Part shown: in pieces, positions 35,918-50,915 of the stretch
How positions within the stretch are numbered: the first letter of the stretch is position 1
How the letters are laid out: each line of letters starts with the position of its first letter
Source: Nymphaea colorata
Taxonomy: Eukaryota
Length of the DNA: 64,000 nt
Direction of reading: 5' to 3'
Assembly: GCF_008831285.2 (NCBI RefSeq)
Contig: NC_045138.2
Location: 24,862,001 to 24,926,000 of the forward strand
The notes under the pieces: model-generated
The model's database searches: none
What the model was told of the DNA's origin: nothing
What the model saw: only the letters and a program-made list of their open reading frames with translations
Translations under genes and position numbers: made by a program

Positions 35918-38900
35918 CTTCTCTAGTATAATAAAGAACGCAATACCAGTTCTACTCGCCACTCCTTGCCTGGTTGGTCCGGTTCAGATTGGATTCCGTC
36001 TTACCTATGTACCAGCGTATCAGCAGAAATTGCAGAGCGATGGAGAAGAAAGCTGCTGAAACTAGAACAATCGGGCACGCAGTAAATCGTTCAGGGGAGG
36101 GTTGGGAAACAAAAATGGAAGGCAAAGATAGCCATGGAAGAACAGAGAGGGGAGAAGTTGAAGGCAGAAAGAAGAATCTGGGCTGGCCGTTGGCCTTTGA
36201 AGACGGAAGAATGTTGCATTTATAGGCCCGAAGAAAGGACACCTCATCAATGGTTTGGTCCAAAAAATGACTGCTCTGCAAAAGCTTTGCAAAGTGGATA
36301 AGTACGACGGAACACATGATTTACTATGAAGAAAGGGGAAAAAACGTACTGAACTTTTACCATTAAAAAATTGATTTCTTGTTTTGATTCTTTGTAGCGT
36401 TCAGATCTTGTCGCGTGGTAGGGTCTGCAACATCAGCCAATAACCCCAGCGTTAAACAGTGACAAATCTCACAATAAAAGCACATCATCATAGTAAGCAA
36501 CTTGTACTGGTCCCATTTCCGTGACATTAAGGCCCCTTTCATGCACAGGAAAAACACTATGCAACGTGGAATTTTTGAATTTGAAGTTTGTATAATTTTT
36601 TTTTGCAACCTCGAACAAAGAAAATTTTACCATGTGCTTTTCCGTGGATTTGAAAAAACTTCCCACGCAAAAAAGTCACCTCCCTAGGTTCGACTTTTTT
36701 CCATCAAAAACTTTTTTGCCCGTTTCTTCATCCTGTACACCTCTCTCGTTGGGCATTTTTCCTCTTGCTGTCGCTGTTTCTCCTGCCTCTATAGCAGTGG
36801 GTTCTTCCTCAGCAGCGGCTCCTCAACAATTCAAGTTCGCTGGTTTCGTAGATCACATTCAGTAGAGCCTTTCCCTCGTCCCCCTCCTGTCTTTGTTTTC
36901 TGGCAGAAGCACCGGCACTTCACTAGTACTTCCACCATCGTTTTCGTGTACCTGACGATCAATTACTTGAGCAGGTGACAATCAGAGAATAGTAGCTCTC
37001 TATCTTTTTCTTTCTACACCTCCCTCTCTTTGCCGTAGATTCACGGTAGAAAGGTTCTCGTTACTGTAATCTGGAGATTCAGTATGGGTTTGATTTTAGG
37101 GATTTAATTTTATATTTGGAGGGTCTTTTACTGTTTCGTTCGTTTGGGTTCATTGACAATTGAGGTTTCTGGGAAGACTGCTACTACCATTAGTTGGGAT
37201 TTCTTTATACTGAAAAATCGAAGATGCATTAGCTAGTCCTTAAACTCTTTATGTTGTTACAGTATTTTTTTTTTTTTTTAAGACTCAAGATGTTGGTATA
37301 CTGTTTTACAATGTTTCATTGACATTATATGCTGTTGGGCTATATATGCAACGGTTCAAAAAATTTTCCACGGTAGGTTTTTCATGTTCATCAAACAGTG
37401 AAGTTTTTGTCTTGAAAAAAATTGTAAGCCATCAAACTACATTTTTCTATAATTTTTTTAATTTTACCATGCATCAAAGGGGGCCTAAAGACACCCATTC
37501 TTTTCTCTTCATGTTATCTGCCTTCTTACCACTTTGCCTGCAAACACTGTTTGGAAGGCTCAGTCTAGCGGGAACGAAGACAAACTGATATTAAAGAACC
37601 TTTTTATTGGCCTTTGGACTTTGCCAGACGACCATCAGTATAAATTTCTCTATTGTCGTTGACATTGACATTGCTAAGGTCTTGGAAATGCTTAATGATT
37701 CCTCTGAGCGGTCTACTTCCTTGTCTGGACAAAAAAACAAAAAAAAAAAAGGATCAAGGAGAAGAGAAAGAAGAAGAAAAGGTGAAAGGAATGTGTCCTC
37801 TTGAGACTCCACGAATGCATGAATTGTCGCTGATATTGTCGCGATCAAATTTGAGTGGCTAGCCACTACATGGCCATGCTCACCTTTATGTTGAAGTCGT
37901 CGCCTATTTATATAATTTATTGCTAATATAGTTTTAAATTTTTTTTGGATATCTTCATCATTTTTCAATACACGTGAAGTGGGACGTGATCGGAGGTGAC
38001 AGGATCTCAGATTCGTAAATCTGACCTCTAACCTCTCCTGTCGGATTATAGATCGACAGTCTCTGTTTTCACCCGCAGATTTGAAATCCACCTTACTGAA
38101 ATCTACTGTTTGTTTGAACAGTAGATTTTACAGCAGCAGTTCTCTTGCCAAGATGATCGACGAAGGAGATTTTCTTGGCGCGGCAGAAATGTTCGACAGC
38201 ATCAACTCAGAGGCCCAGCTTCTCTTTTCTTTTTTAATTCAGCAAGATTCTAAATGCCCTTTAAGATTCAAAACCGTTTGCTATCGAATTTATAAGAAAT
38301 TAAAAGCACCAAGTTCCATGATCTGCACCGGAATCACGAAATTAAAGAAACTGGTGATGTATGTCGACGGGAAAGTGGCGCCGCTTAAGTCGCCCATGGT
38401 AAGGGCATTCATTCCTTTGCTGGTATGTAACTGAAAAATTAGTAAAATAAGAACATAAAATTCATTCTTTTTTCCGGCCGGTATCTGGTTAGATTGGCAT
38501 AAGCCAGCCTATTTCCAGCCAACGCAAGTAGCTGGATTATGACGGAGCTTTCTCTGAAGTGAAAGAAGAAGAGGAGGGGGGTTTCTTCTGGAGCAGTTAC
38601 CTGATCAGCTTCTTCACATTAAACCGAGTTTTCAGAGAAAATTTTGTACAGCATAGTTTTCCGTCGATGCCAGTGTATCCAAAAATCAAAATTTCTTGTA
38701 AAAAATGTGGTTCTATACTCCACATCACAATCTCGACGACCTTTCTGGTTTTGGGTTTCTGTACCTTTGTAATCGTTAAAAGGGAGAGACTTTTCAGTAC
38801 TTCAGAAAGTATAAAACGTTTAGAAAAAGAACCAACGGTGAAAAGGAAATAAGAGAAGAGCATATTGTTACTCGATTTGATGAAGATTCTCCGGCTTCAA

Positions 38901-39227
38901 CATTTAAAATGATGGGGAAAGCACATGTTAATTCGTCATCGAATATTGAAAAGATGATAAGATGATGAAGTATTACATGTATTATTAGATAAGGGTCAGC
39001 AAATATAATTCATGAATAAATGGAAGTCAGCAGTCTGCAAATATAATCCATAGAATAAATGGAAGTCAGCAACTTGTGGGTGCCCACAAGATTGGGATTC
39101 ACATAGTACCATATATTTTCCTTACAATGAGTTGCAACAAGACTTGGGTTCCACCCTCTTCATGAAAGCAGCAGTAAACTGATCCATAGCAGACAGCACT
39201 CCAGATAAACATGCATTATTTAAGAAT

Positions 39228-39392
39228 TGAAGATCAGAGATTCAGAGATGAAAGTTTTGCAGAAATGAATAAAATCCAGGCAGAAGTAAAAAGAAACTCT
39301 AAGAAATGAAGATCAGAGATTCAGAGATGAAAATTTGCAGAAATGAATAAAATCCAGACAGAAGTAAAAAAGAAACGAAATGAAGAACAGAA
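39228..39392. repeat. ~79-bp imperfect tandem repeat (2 copies plus a stub)
   Basis: tgaagatcagagattcagagatgaaa...gcagaaatgaataaaatccag.cagaagtaaaaagaaac is repeated. Confidence 0.85.
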
Positions 39393-42300
39393 ATTACATT
39401 TGCAAATCAATCTATTGTGAATTAAATCCAAGGTAGTAGATGAAGCAAGTTATGTGTTGCTACCAAGATCATCGTCGTGAGTAATGGCGGTCGAGGTCCA
39501 TGAAGAGCAGCGTGGCCATGTGCATGTCATGGGAAGCGACATCCCATGAAAGACAACTCTCATGCCCCACTACCTCCTGATGATATTTGCCATGATAAGG
39601 ACATGAAAGGTGCATGCATAGCGCAGTGTCCTCGGGGAAGCTCAAGTTCTCAACCATGGTTAAGGGCCGCGTCACTGCAGAAACCAAATCAACTGTATTT
39701 GTACGACGCTTTCTTTTAATATATCTTTTAACATGCGTCCTGATGGGCAGTTTCATTCATGTTCGACTCCAATACATATCTGACTGAGATCCAACGAAGA
39801 TTCGACCCAATTACATGTAAAAAGTCTACTGTCTTTTCATTTTCTCTACGGACAAATTGAAATGAACAGTTAGAACTAGAGGTCCCTACTTATCATTAAC
39901 GAGTATAGATAACTTTGACCATGCAATAAAGGATCTCACCTACAAATTTGAACTAATAAGAACTTTCGCTTTTAATTCAATCTTGTTTTATATCAAAATA
40001 GCAACGGCGATGATGATATACGTAGTCCTTATAAATTTATAAAGGAAACTGGCAGGGAAACTGGAACATGCAGTTGGTTTCAGAAACTGTGGGCTGAATT
40101 GAAGGCGGATTGAGGGGGGCCGAATAAATACGCCCACATGGGGGCAGAGGAATGGGAAAAGCATGTTAACACCACTGCCCACGGCCGTCTCACCTACATG
40201 AACGAGGTTTTACTGACACACACACACCATATTGAATGTGCATATGATATCTTATCACATTTGGATTCGATCTTAGATGAATATCAAATTCGATTCGAAT
40301 TTGTATTCAGAATAGATTTTAGATTAATATTTTATATTCAATGTCCATATATTCAAAAGTCAGTTCTTAACATATCGTAATGTGGCTGGAATTAGATTAT
40401 GTGTTTCAAAGTTGATCCGATATTGTTTACCACCTTCCATACAAATACACATTCCTTCGCCAGTTGATTATTCTCACCAAATAATAATAATAATAATTGA
40501 ATAAAAATACTCAATAACACCTAACGTTAAATATATAGTATTTATAAGCAAACAATTTGTGTTCTCAAATTACGAATATGTGATTGCGAAGTACACTATG
40601 ATGCCTGGAGTACCTAGAACATAGTGTTTGCTTGTGGCAAGAACACAAATGTTCTTCTCACTAAACAGCCTCACAGTGTATCATTGAAGTATTTGTGACC
40701 ACTTTTCCGGGCAGAGCCACCTTTTCTACTTAATAATTTAAGAACAACTCTGTCCCACACGAGACCGCAAGTGCATTTGAACCCATGTATGCAGGAAGCA
40801 CCCAACGTGTGCTCTAGCAGAGACGGACTACTCGTTCCAACTTACATTTTAATTTCTCCAAAAGTTTGGGCAGGCCGACCCACTTTTTCTCTTTTTGCAC
40901 TTTTTATTTTTTGATCTTTTTCTGTGTATTTTATTCCATTTCGCAGGTGCCTTTATTGCTCGAGGAGGTCCAATATATCCATCCAGTAAATGCCTTTTTC
41001 AAGAAGGAAAACCATATGTGAAAAAAGAAGGGCACATACACGTGGTCCAATTCTACCCTACATATGCATATTCAAGGCAGGAACTAAAAATATCATATTC
41101 ATCAAAGAGCATTTAAAGTTTTTAAAAAACTAAAATATTTTAAAAATTAAAAATCTATGTGTGACACTAGATCAAATCAAATTAGAATGCGACTCATGTG
41201 ATTCAAATCAGCTGATTAACCTGTCGTTCAACCGCCCATTCTCGATGGTTAGAGACAATCTCAAGAGACATATCATAGTTGGTCGAATGAGAAGACTCGT
41301 GAAAGTCTGATCATTAGTTTAATTCTCGTGAGGAGCGCTATTCTACTAAACTGTAAATGGTAGATGCACGGCACTCTAATTGAAAGGTATCTTGCTCCTC
41401 ACCGAAATCCAGAAGCAGCACTGTCGAAAAATTCTTGTTGCTGTTGCTGTATTGTTTAGAAAATAAAATCTGAGATTTTCTTTCACTTGAGTGTAGAACA
41501 CAGACTTAGTATTGAGAGCCAAAAGGTGCGCACCAACCGCCACACACATACATGCACCAGGTTGACATTCGTATGTATCTATGGCTCGCAATTAATAGCA
41601 GTAAATGGGACATGGATGGCTAACTTACTAGTGATGGTCCCTTGCTACTCTCATATTTAATGGTATTATTTTACTGCTTGTGGATCTTTGGTGGACCAGC
41701 GCCCTGATGCACATGAACTCATGTGTTCATGAGCAGGAGAGGGAGAGTCTCTTTCTCTTCTTTAGTGGTCTTACTTTGTACTTGGTTCTTGACAATGGCA
41801 CGGCTTCTGTGAGAACCAATAATAAGAAGGAAGGAAAAAAATTTGAGTCCTATGTCAAGCATGATGGCGAGATAGCTACTGGCCTTGTCCTTATAATGAG
41901 GGACAATTCGATTTCGACCTAACCCTTATGGTTAGGTTTGATAGCCAATCAATCTAGGGTTTTAGCAAACTCTCAACTACCATCTAGAGTTTCAAAGGGA
42001 GGGAGAGAAACCAAAGATCCGCACCGAACGATCAATCAGAGCTTACAGAAAGGAAGAAGCAAATGAATAGATGCTCACGAGATCGAACCGCAAGATTCTG
42101 ACTGTCCTAGATGGCTTGATCGGCTTCGGAGCTCGTTTTCACTTCTCCATCCCCAGAGATTTTTCTCATCAACAAACAAAGGAACAGAAAATCGATTGGC
42201 TGCTCTACGAATTCAATAAAATAATATTTGAGTGCACCTGGGAAAGTCATTCTTTGTCCATCTTCTTCTCAATTTCATTTTTTTGCGTTGGGTTACTCCT

Positions 42301-43628
42301 ACTTTGTGCTGCACCAATCAAAATACTAAAAATTCAACCGAGTTTTTATATGGGATTTTGAAATCGGCCAAAGCTCCCACCCAACCTGTCATCGAAATCA
42401 ATATATCAAACTAGACGAGGGTATATATTTTGCATTAAGCTTTCGAGGATCTCATTCAAGACTTACTTGAACTGCTACTCAACAGAAAATAAGGGCTTCG
42501 GTTTCCAGCCATAGGGGTAGAGGAAGGCAAAAGCGAGATTTTCATCGTTTGTGGATCACTCGGATAAATGCAGTAACCCGCGAGAATGGGGTACCCTATA
42601 GTCGATTAATACACTATCTGCGCAAGAAGCAGCTCCTTCTTAATCGTAAAATACTTGCACAAATAGCTATATCAAATAGGAATTGCCTTTACATGATATG
42701 CCTATGACTAGCTTAAGATGCACTATAGGGTTCCTGTTTGTGGAATGTCTTGCATGTCGACATTGAGGAAGCAGGACGTGGTCAAGAACATAAGATGCAA
42801 ATGGAAATCCGTTCACACCCTTGTTTAGTTAAGAAAAACACATACTATAGCGAAGGAAATGTCGCACATACTATTGTTTGCGGTTCAAAAAAAAGAGCAT
42901 TAAGAATGTAACTAAAGACACATTATCGATACAACACTCAATCCAACCAGCTATGCTATGGCTTTTGCAGACATCCTTTGGAATGCAATGATCTACGATC
43001 ATATGGCCTTCTGCAAAGACGTCGTCAAGACATAAAAAGCATCGGCAACACCGGTGGGCTTGAATTAGCAATCAATTTCTGATTCGTTCAAGTTCGTTTG
43101 GCCTTCTTGATCTGTAGCATCAATAAGTTGCATCAAAAAAGAAGAAAAAAGCAGGGTTCGGATCGTGAATCTTAAGATAGTTGGCTAACTTGGTTCATTT
43201 GGATCGGTTAACTTTGTCGCAAGGCCAATTAATCGAGCAGTAGGACACCGTTCGTGAACGAGAGAGACGGGCCGTGAAGATTAATTTTCACATAGACAGG
43301 CAACTACAACAGTAGCTGCATAATAAATGAAGCATCCACCTCTCACAGCGAATTAAGTGCAGTAAAACTCTATGGTTCTCAAAGAAATTAAGATTCGTGC
43401 TACACTTGTAAGAGCAAGAATGCAACACATGTATCTGCTTTCCAACCGACGATTCTGAGATTGTTAACCTGTAACGCGAATCTCAAGCCCACTGGCCCAT
43501 TAAATACAGCAGGATCGAAAGCTCTGAATCTTATCCATCGAAGTAATCTCTCCGTCTCTCTCTAACTTGTGAACTTTTTGTTCAAGTGTGAATTTCTTTG
43601 TTCAAGTGTGAATTAAGAAAGGTGTGAA

Positions 43629-44185
43629 TAGGGATGTCAATATATTCGATTACTTTTATGATTTTTGTGATAGAAAAACTTATACCATTTTCATAAATTT
43701 ATGATCCAATTCCGATTTTTATTTAACGTTAATTGGACTTTTAATAAACAACTGAATCTAAAGCCTAAACCACGTTATGATATGCTACGAACTGTAACTT
43801 TAAAGTGTATGGACATTGGATGTTACAGGATATTTATTTGAAACTGAATCCTATTTCAAATTTGAATCGGACAATTGTGTACTTATTTAAAACAATTTCT
43901 GAATCCGAATATGGAGGGGATGTCATTTTTTTAAATCCGAGTCCAATCCGATTTTTCATCAAATTACAAAAGGATGTTCATCAAATCATGTCACCCCATT
44001 TCACACAAGAAAATCCAAAACTGAGCTCAGGACGGGCTATTTTCTTCATTAGCTTCGCATTTGTATTCCCCACAAGCAAAAATGTTATTTTGATTGTATA
44101 CGAAAATACAAAAACGATTGTACAGTGAATACAAGCAATACCCTCACTCTTCCTACCACTTAATATGTCCCTAAACATCCCCTAA
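43629..44185. mobile_element. Degenerate member of the same hAT MITE family as 8019-8467; further decayed pieces at ~3440-3809, ~20860-21150, ~40235-40430, ~52740-52990, ~63715-64000
   Basis: Starts with the identical TIR TAGGGATGTCAA followed by tatattcgat, and has ATCCGA/TCGGAT motifs inside. The right end is uncertain and no TSD is recognisable. 3798-3809 carries ttgacatcccca. Confidence 0.6.
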
Positions 44186-44339
44186 TTTTAATGCAGCTAT
44201 AGACATATATAGCTCCATTAAGATCCCACGCATTTATATATACAGTAATGGGTATATCAACAGGCCAATCCAGACATCCACATCAAAGTATTAATTGAGA
44301 GAGATTTCTTATATTTTTGGTATATCTGTATATATATAT

Positions 44340-47300
44340 TCATCTGACATCTTGTCTGCAAATTGGGCAGGAGCCTTCTAATATGAGCCACCGATCTATG
44401 CAGCCCACATGGAAATGGTGCCTGCATTTAGGCAAACTCCGAGCGCTGTCCCCTTCACTCAGTTCCTGCTCAAAAATTAGGAATACTACCCAATGTAACT
44501 ATGAAGTGAAGAAGATCATATATATATAAATGCTTTTACGTTTTGTTAAGGAAGACTAACCTGGAGACAGATACTGCAAGGGGCCTGGTTCTCTCCGGCG
44601 CCGGCGTTTCTCTTCCTGCCAACAACAAATTCCGGCAGCCTGGTGATGGAATCAGAAGACATCCCCTTTGTTGCGCTTACATCAAAGAGACTGGTGAGAT
44701 CCTCATAACTCATGTCCACCGCGCTGGCCTGCAACAATGTCTATGACTCTTCTCAATCTTTGTCCCTCAGTAGACATATAGGTATAATTTAAACACTTCA
44801 CAAATTAATAAGCTTCAACGCAATCAAAACCTAAAACCATATTCTAAGTGCCAGTTTGACGGGCCGGATTCCAGCATTCGCCGGGAAGTTTTTCCCCTGA
44901 ACAGTGGAATTCAGGTGGTGTATGTGTTTCGGTCACTACAAAGGCCGACCTTGCCATGCCCAAGGGGGTTGGCTATGAGATTGGGTAGGTGCTGTCAATC
45001 AACGTTTTGAATCCTCGGGGTGCCAACTCATGATTGTGCTGCAAATGATGGGCTGACATTCAAGTTGAAGCGTAATGGAGGTAGCATCTCCAAGCACCAA
45101 AACAGACCCTATACCTTAAGGGATGAGAGGTTCGGTGGAAGTTTCGGCCTTCTTCGGGTGGTGGGTCAAACCTCATTCATCCGAAAGCCCAATCTTGCCC
45201 GATTTGGTGTTACTAATAAATTTTAGTTTAAACTTAGAAACACTGGCTTCCATAGTTTTTTTCTTTTAGGAGTAGCTTTCAACATGTTAATTGGGAGCAG
45301 CTTTCACAACAATAATTAGGAGACAGTAGCTTTCATCATATTAATTAGGATGCATGCCTTTTGAAAGGGCGATGTCTTGGAAAAGGTACCTTCCTCAGGG
45401 GGCGGAAAGGTTCGTTCCTCAGGGCATAAAGATCATGCTCGTGAGTTTATTATGGTGCTGCTCTATTGGATGCATCTTCTGTTCATGGAGGAAAAGTGGT
45501 ATAGCAGAAACCACCATCATGGCTTTTAGTAGTCCTGCAACTTCTAGTAATTTATTGGGCACCAACTGATCAAAGTTTATTTCTTGTCTTTTAATTTTCT
45601 TCCCTTTTTGTTGGCTTAATTGAATAATCATATTATTTACTCTTTAATTTAGTATGATCAGTAGTATGAGTTTCTTTACACGAAGTAGTTAGATTTATCA
45701 AAAAAAGATCAGTAGACGGTGAAAACTTATTTACCTGCCGTCTATATGCTGCTACGATCACCCGTCTCATTCGTTCTTGGAAGAATTTGCCACTGAGCAA
45801 GCTACTAAAGATGGCCATCTGCATCATCCACAACAAAGTATGATATAATTAGCGTCTATACATATGCTTTTTTATATGAAAATACTAACCATCTAGTGAG
45901 ACATGACCACGACCACCCAGCCAGCGTTTGATGTTCTTGCTGAATTTTCTCTTCCTCGTTTACTGGGCAATCTTATGCTTCGCCTTGGGAATTGAACTAA
46001 GCCTTGGGAATTGTACTAAGCCTTGGGACTAGTAAGTGGAAAGAAAGCCAGAATGATTTGTATGCTATTTTGGGATTGGTTTCTTGCTTCTTTTCTTTAT
46101 CATTCTTACTTTTCCTTTCTTTGTTTCTTTGTTTTTTCTTTTTTTTTTCTTTTATACAAACCTTCTTCCCCACCCTAAAATTGGTGGATCCTAAGGAGCA
46201 AAAGAGACCTTAAAAACCAAAAATGAACGTGGTTGTCCTTCTATGTCATATTTACTTCATTTTTTAAACTTAAGTCTACCATATAGATTCAATTAAAAAA
46301 AAATTGAACTTAAAAATTTCATGACTAAATTGTGCATACGATCTTGCGATCGTTAAATTGCATTCACAACATCAATCTTGAATAGCTGATGAAGCAAGCA
46401 CGAACAAGCTAGGATGATGACCAACGGGCTGGGCTTGGGTTGGCACTATCATAAACATGAGCCCACCTTGAACTTTTGGTCAGTTTGTTTGGGTTGAAGC
46501 ATTACACTTTTAACGTTCTTCAACTTAAAAGCTTGCGTCGTAAATCTAATTGATAAATAACCAGATGAATAAGAAGATTGATAGTGATTGGAAAATTAAT
46601 TACCAAGGAAAATGGTCCGCCGGAGATGGTGGAGTCGAGAATCTCGATGGACACAATCACGCCATTGAAGGCTCCAACTTTTGCACCTTGAGCGCACCCA
46701 ATCTCTGCAGTTTGGCCGCGCACCGCACCAACCCCCAGCCCCACGATCGCACCAACTGCGGTACACGCACATTTGCAGCTTTTGTTTAATACATGCATCG
46801 CTTGCTCCCAACATTAATTGGGATTTGTTAATGCTGTCACTTTGTGTCACGTTCAATTCATTTTTTTTGTACCACTTGCTTCCTTTTAGTGGTCTACTAA
46901 CGATGATTCTGCCCATTCAGACAGGTTATCTAACCAAGTTTGTCAATCCAAAGTGGATGGATGCAGGGACGGAGTTTGGAATTTTTAACGATGACAACTC
47001 GAATTATATATTCAAAATTTTGATACAAGCTAAAATATCGTTTTTCAAAATATGTATATAGAATGCATATTTATTAAAAATTTATATGTAAACTTTTTTA
47101 ATAAAAGTTTTAAGAAGAGTCAAGACTCTGCCCACTCCTTGCTCTACAAAGATGAAAATACTCATCACCTTTTTCTTATTATTTTTTCTTAGTCATCCAT
47201 CATGAATCGAACGACTTTAATTAAATGGTTGTATGAGTCTAAAAAGTCAGAGTTACCATTTAATTTTTTTACTCACACAAAAAAAAGCATACAGAGAGGC

Positions 47301-47835
47301 AGGGACAGTCTCTTTCTCTTCTTAATTGTCCTCGGAACATGGCATGTGTAATATGGACCAACACTACAAAGGACGGCTTATGGGAATGACAGGAGAACGC
47401 GGCTCCAATCGTTACTGTATCTCAAAGAGTTTCTGCAAACACGGCGGCATAACCTTGTTAGATACTTGAGTTAATGCTCAAGCACTGCCACTTACGGAAT
47501 CGCACTGCATTTTATTGCATGTTCATACTCTATAACACAACTTAGCGTACAGGGGATGCGACTCTATGCGGCATATTCAGCAATTGCTGCAATGGTATTC
47601 AACAATTGCTCATAGTTGAAACAGCTTAATGGGCAGCCCTGTTTTCACCTCTGAAATGTTCAGAAGGCCCTTTCTAGTTCAACTATTTTGAATCTGCACA
47701 GCTTTTCCGAGATGATCAAACACCACTGTCAGACACAAAGAGATGATGCTTACCTAAAGCAAACGCAGAGGTCAGTGCCGCCAAAGTGAAGCCCTTGAGT
47801 ATCTTCCATGCAACTCGCACGGTCACACTCTCCAT
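44340..47835 (-). CDS. NEP1-interacting-protein-like membrane RING-H2 E3 ligase, paralog B; 5 exons, ~203 aa
   Basis: Exons 47835-47754, 46755-46604, 45818-45735, 44728-44561, 44465-44340. Exons 2-5 have the same sizes as in paralog A (152/84/168/126 nt). RING-H2 [42 protein letters not shown]. Confidence 0.9.
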
Positions 47836-50564
47836 GAACACCAGCCGCAGCACCACAGCTGCAACAATCTTTTCCCCTTGTAGGCCCACCGATCAAGAGA
47901 AGAATGCTGGTTGGGAGCTGCAATTCAATGGAAAGAGTTGATGCGGAGTCCCTTACAAGTAAAGGGGCAGGAAGAGGAAGAACATGGAGGGGAGAGAGAT
48001 GGGAGGGGGAAGTTGCTGGTTTTGGGCTTATGGGAGAGAGTGGTGCTGTGGCAAGGGTGAAGTCTTGCATTTATAGCTAAACTGGTCTGATCTTCTCCCC
48101 TTGCAGAAGCCTCACATGAAGAAGTAGCTTTCTTACAGGAAGATTAGTATGGTGGGGAATTAATGGTCCCCTGCTTAGTGGATGGTGCCACTTGATAATA
48201 GATCCATCATTTTATCAACTTGGGTGTATGGGCGTCCATCCTCTATGAGTTGGAAGACTGTAAATGATCATTTAATAGCTTGATTAGGAGATCCAGTCCG
48301 ACTCTGTGCTCCTGTAGTTAACCTCCTTCACCCTTATCGACATCTAGAACATCAACAAGTTGCATTCTCGGTAAAATCTGATGTTGTTGAGGAAGAATAT
48401 CCAAAGAAAGAAGGAACTCGCTAGGATCGATGCCAAGAGAAACGGTACTTTTATCTCCTTTAGAACTTAGATTCGGAGCTGGGGACCATCGAAAGGGTAG
48501 GGTCGGACAATGCAGTCCATTGATTTTTCTTGGGTACACTTTGAGAGGAGAGGAGAAATTCTTTCAGGAAGAAAAATTGGTGAAAAAGACGGTCCATTAA
48601 TCGAGAGAAAAAGAAATCCTGCCTCTTTAGGAGTGAAAGTGAACTTTGGTAAAATGTTCATCTAGTTTTGTCGTGCTCAAAGTTTAATCTTCGAACATAG
48701 GTAAATGCGTTTTGGACACCAAAGTTGCTGAAAAAGAAAAAGGAAGAAGCTCAGAAACATTTTCTTTTGCAGAAACAGACCAACAGGCCAGATACGGCCT
48801 CCGTAGCATAATGTTGTGTACATTCTTTAGTAATCAATCAGGGGAAAAAGAAAAAAGAAAAGAAAAGAAATCCTCCACGTAAAGATCATTTTGCAGAAAA
48901 AGGTAAGATATATATCTCAGAAAATGCAAATCATAAAGTCATATGAACAATGAAGAAAAACAAACAACTACTGCTTTGGGAACGGGGTAAACGTCCAAAT
49001 AAAAGCATAATATATGCCATTTAAAATATGTGCTCTAGATCTGCCCTTGTACTCTCATAATAATATCCATGTTCATTTTGGAATGCTAGCTATATGAGCA
49101 CATTTTTGGCTACATCAGTATAGGCTTTATATTCATCGGCATCTAGTCCCTAAATTGAAAGCTAGCTAAAGAACTGACTATGTTCGATTGTGAAGGAAGA
49201 AGGATAAAATGTCGTGTCAGTTTCTATGCGGTTTTCAATGTCGATCGCGTTTGAATCCCCATTCGATGTGACAAAACTTCGATTACAAGCTGTCCACAAA
49301 ATTAAAGGTACTGCCTAGCTTTCTCTCCCCTACGTGAAGTTCGTCCACTTGGGGAACGACTAGATAGAGATTGCCAGAGGAGGAGCTCGTGCTCTTTAAC
49401 GCAACATTCAAAACCCAATCGTAAATGCATGCACGAGTATGCCCACTTCGGTTGCCCTGACAGAACAGCAGCTCTGTCCATATTCATCTCTTTGGAAAAC
49501 ATTTTAGACCGCCAAGTATATATATATATATATATATATGGATGAGTTATACCTGGGTTGGCCATAGGTGCCAGAAGAGGCTAAGGACATGCTGACAGTT
49601 GGATGATGTGCACATTCCTCGGTTATGGTGAAGATGTGTAAGATTAATGACTTCCATATATGGTTTTTAGTTAAATTGTCTTTATTATCTACACTCTTCT
49701 GTGCAGATTTTATGTCTATTTTATAGAAAGAGCAGATGAAAGCGTAATAGAAAAAAGGAAACGTAAAAGATATAGTCTTCAAGAGACGCTTGCAGTTCTT
49801 ACGGTGGTTTCATCCTGCCATCCCAGTTCTCTCAAATAATCTCCCAATGCAACAGTGAATCTGTGTTTGAAAAACAAAGATAGAAATCCTCTGCTTCAGT
49901 TGTCACAGTTCTGTTAAAATGATCCAGTTACCATGTATACGGCCACAAACTGAACATGTTACGAGTTTAACACATCCAATAATCGGGATAAGACATCAAT
50001 CATAAATATTTTCCGGCGTCTCCTTCACGGGTTCTTACGTCTGGACCTCTGCCTGCCACGATAGATTGCTGAGACGCCTTTTGGTTTCACACGAAGAAAA
50101 CAACAGCAACATGGTCTATCAACACGCAACTCTCTTTTCACGTAGTAATCTTCTTGACTGACAAAGAAATGGTCATGCAATTCTCTTTTTCTAATGACCA
50201 CAACGGCTATTTAGGGCATGGTTGAGTGTTTGTTTGCAAGAATGGTCTGAGACAGACATGCACTCTGTTTAGACCGTATTCAGACATGGCTGGGTTGTCT
50301 TTTTTTTTTTTTTTTCAATGGGTATCTGATTTTTTTTTTTTTTGTTGCTGTCTGGTTTCATTTATACCTTTCCACCTTCATTAAAATTCTTTCCGTATTG
50401 TAAGGGTTACAACATAGCTGAATGAATGATGGAAGAAACATGCTCACAATGTGTCTTCAATTCAATTCATGTGGGTACTATTTATCTGAATTACACACCG
50501 TGACTACGGGTAAGGCTGCGTACTAGGCCCGACAGCACGGTGACTATGTGTAAGGCTGCACACT

Positions 50565-50722
50565 CGGCTGGGCTGCCGCTTGGTACCCAGTAATCGTCCC
50601 TACTCGGCTTTGGGCCCGGGCCCAAGAAAAAGGGAATCAAGCTGGGCCGGCCCAACTCGTTATTAGGTCAGCCCTGGTGGGCCCAATAAGTCTTATTCGG
50701 GCCCGATATTATTTTTAAAATT

Positions 50723-50761
<39 letters not shown>

Positions 50762-50915
50762 TTATTATAATTAATTATATTTATATTTAAAATATTTTTA
50801 AATTTAATTGGGTCCGGCTCAAGTTTTTTGAGTCGGGCCGGACTCAGGCCTAGTTTTTGGATGTTGGGCCTGTTGGGCCCGGCTCGTTATCAGGCCGAGC
50901 CCAGCCCAATGCCCA
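50565..50915. mobile_element. MITE-like element with GGGCC/GGCCC-rich arms around an AT-rich (TA)n core; a similar layout occurs at ~2730-2968
   Basis: GC-rich arms with repeated gggcc/ggccc/ccgag motifs flank an almost pure A/T core. TIRs are only imperfect. Confidence 0.5.

Noticed and set aside
37591..38863. ORFs of 166, 117, 97 and 88 aa between the two RING genes
   Set aside because: No recognisable domain or consistent exon chain, and they include low-complexity runs. Likely intergenic or TE-derived.
41600..41770. Possible miRNA hairpin around the palindrome catgaactcatgtgttcatg
   Set aside because: The stem is too short, and I found no match to the conserved plant miRNA families I recall.
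50500..50570. gggtaaggctgcgtac resembling part of the Au SINE
   Set aside because: The match is ~16 nt, with no tRNA-derived A/B box head or SINE 3' end.
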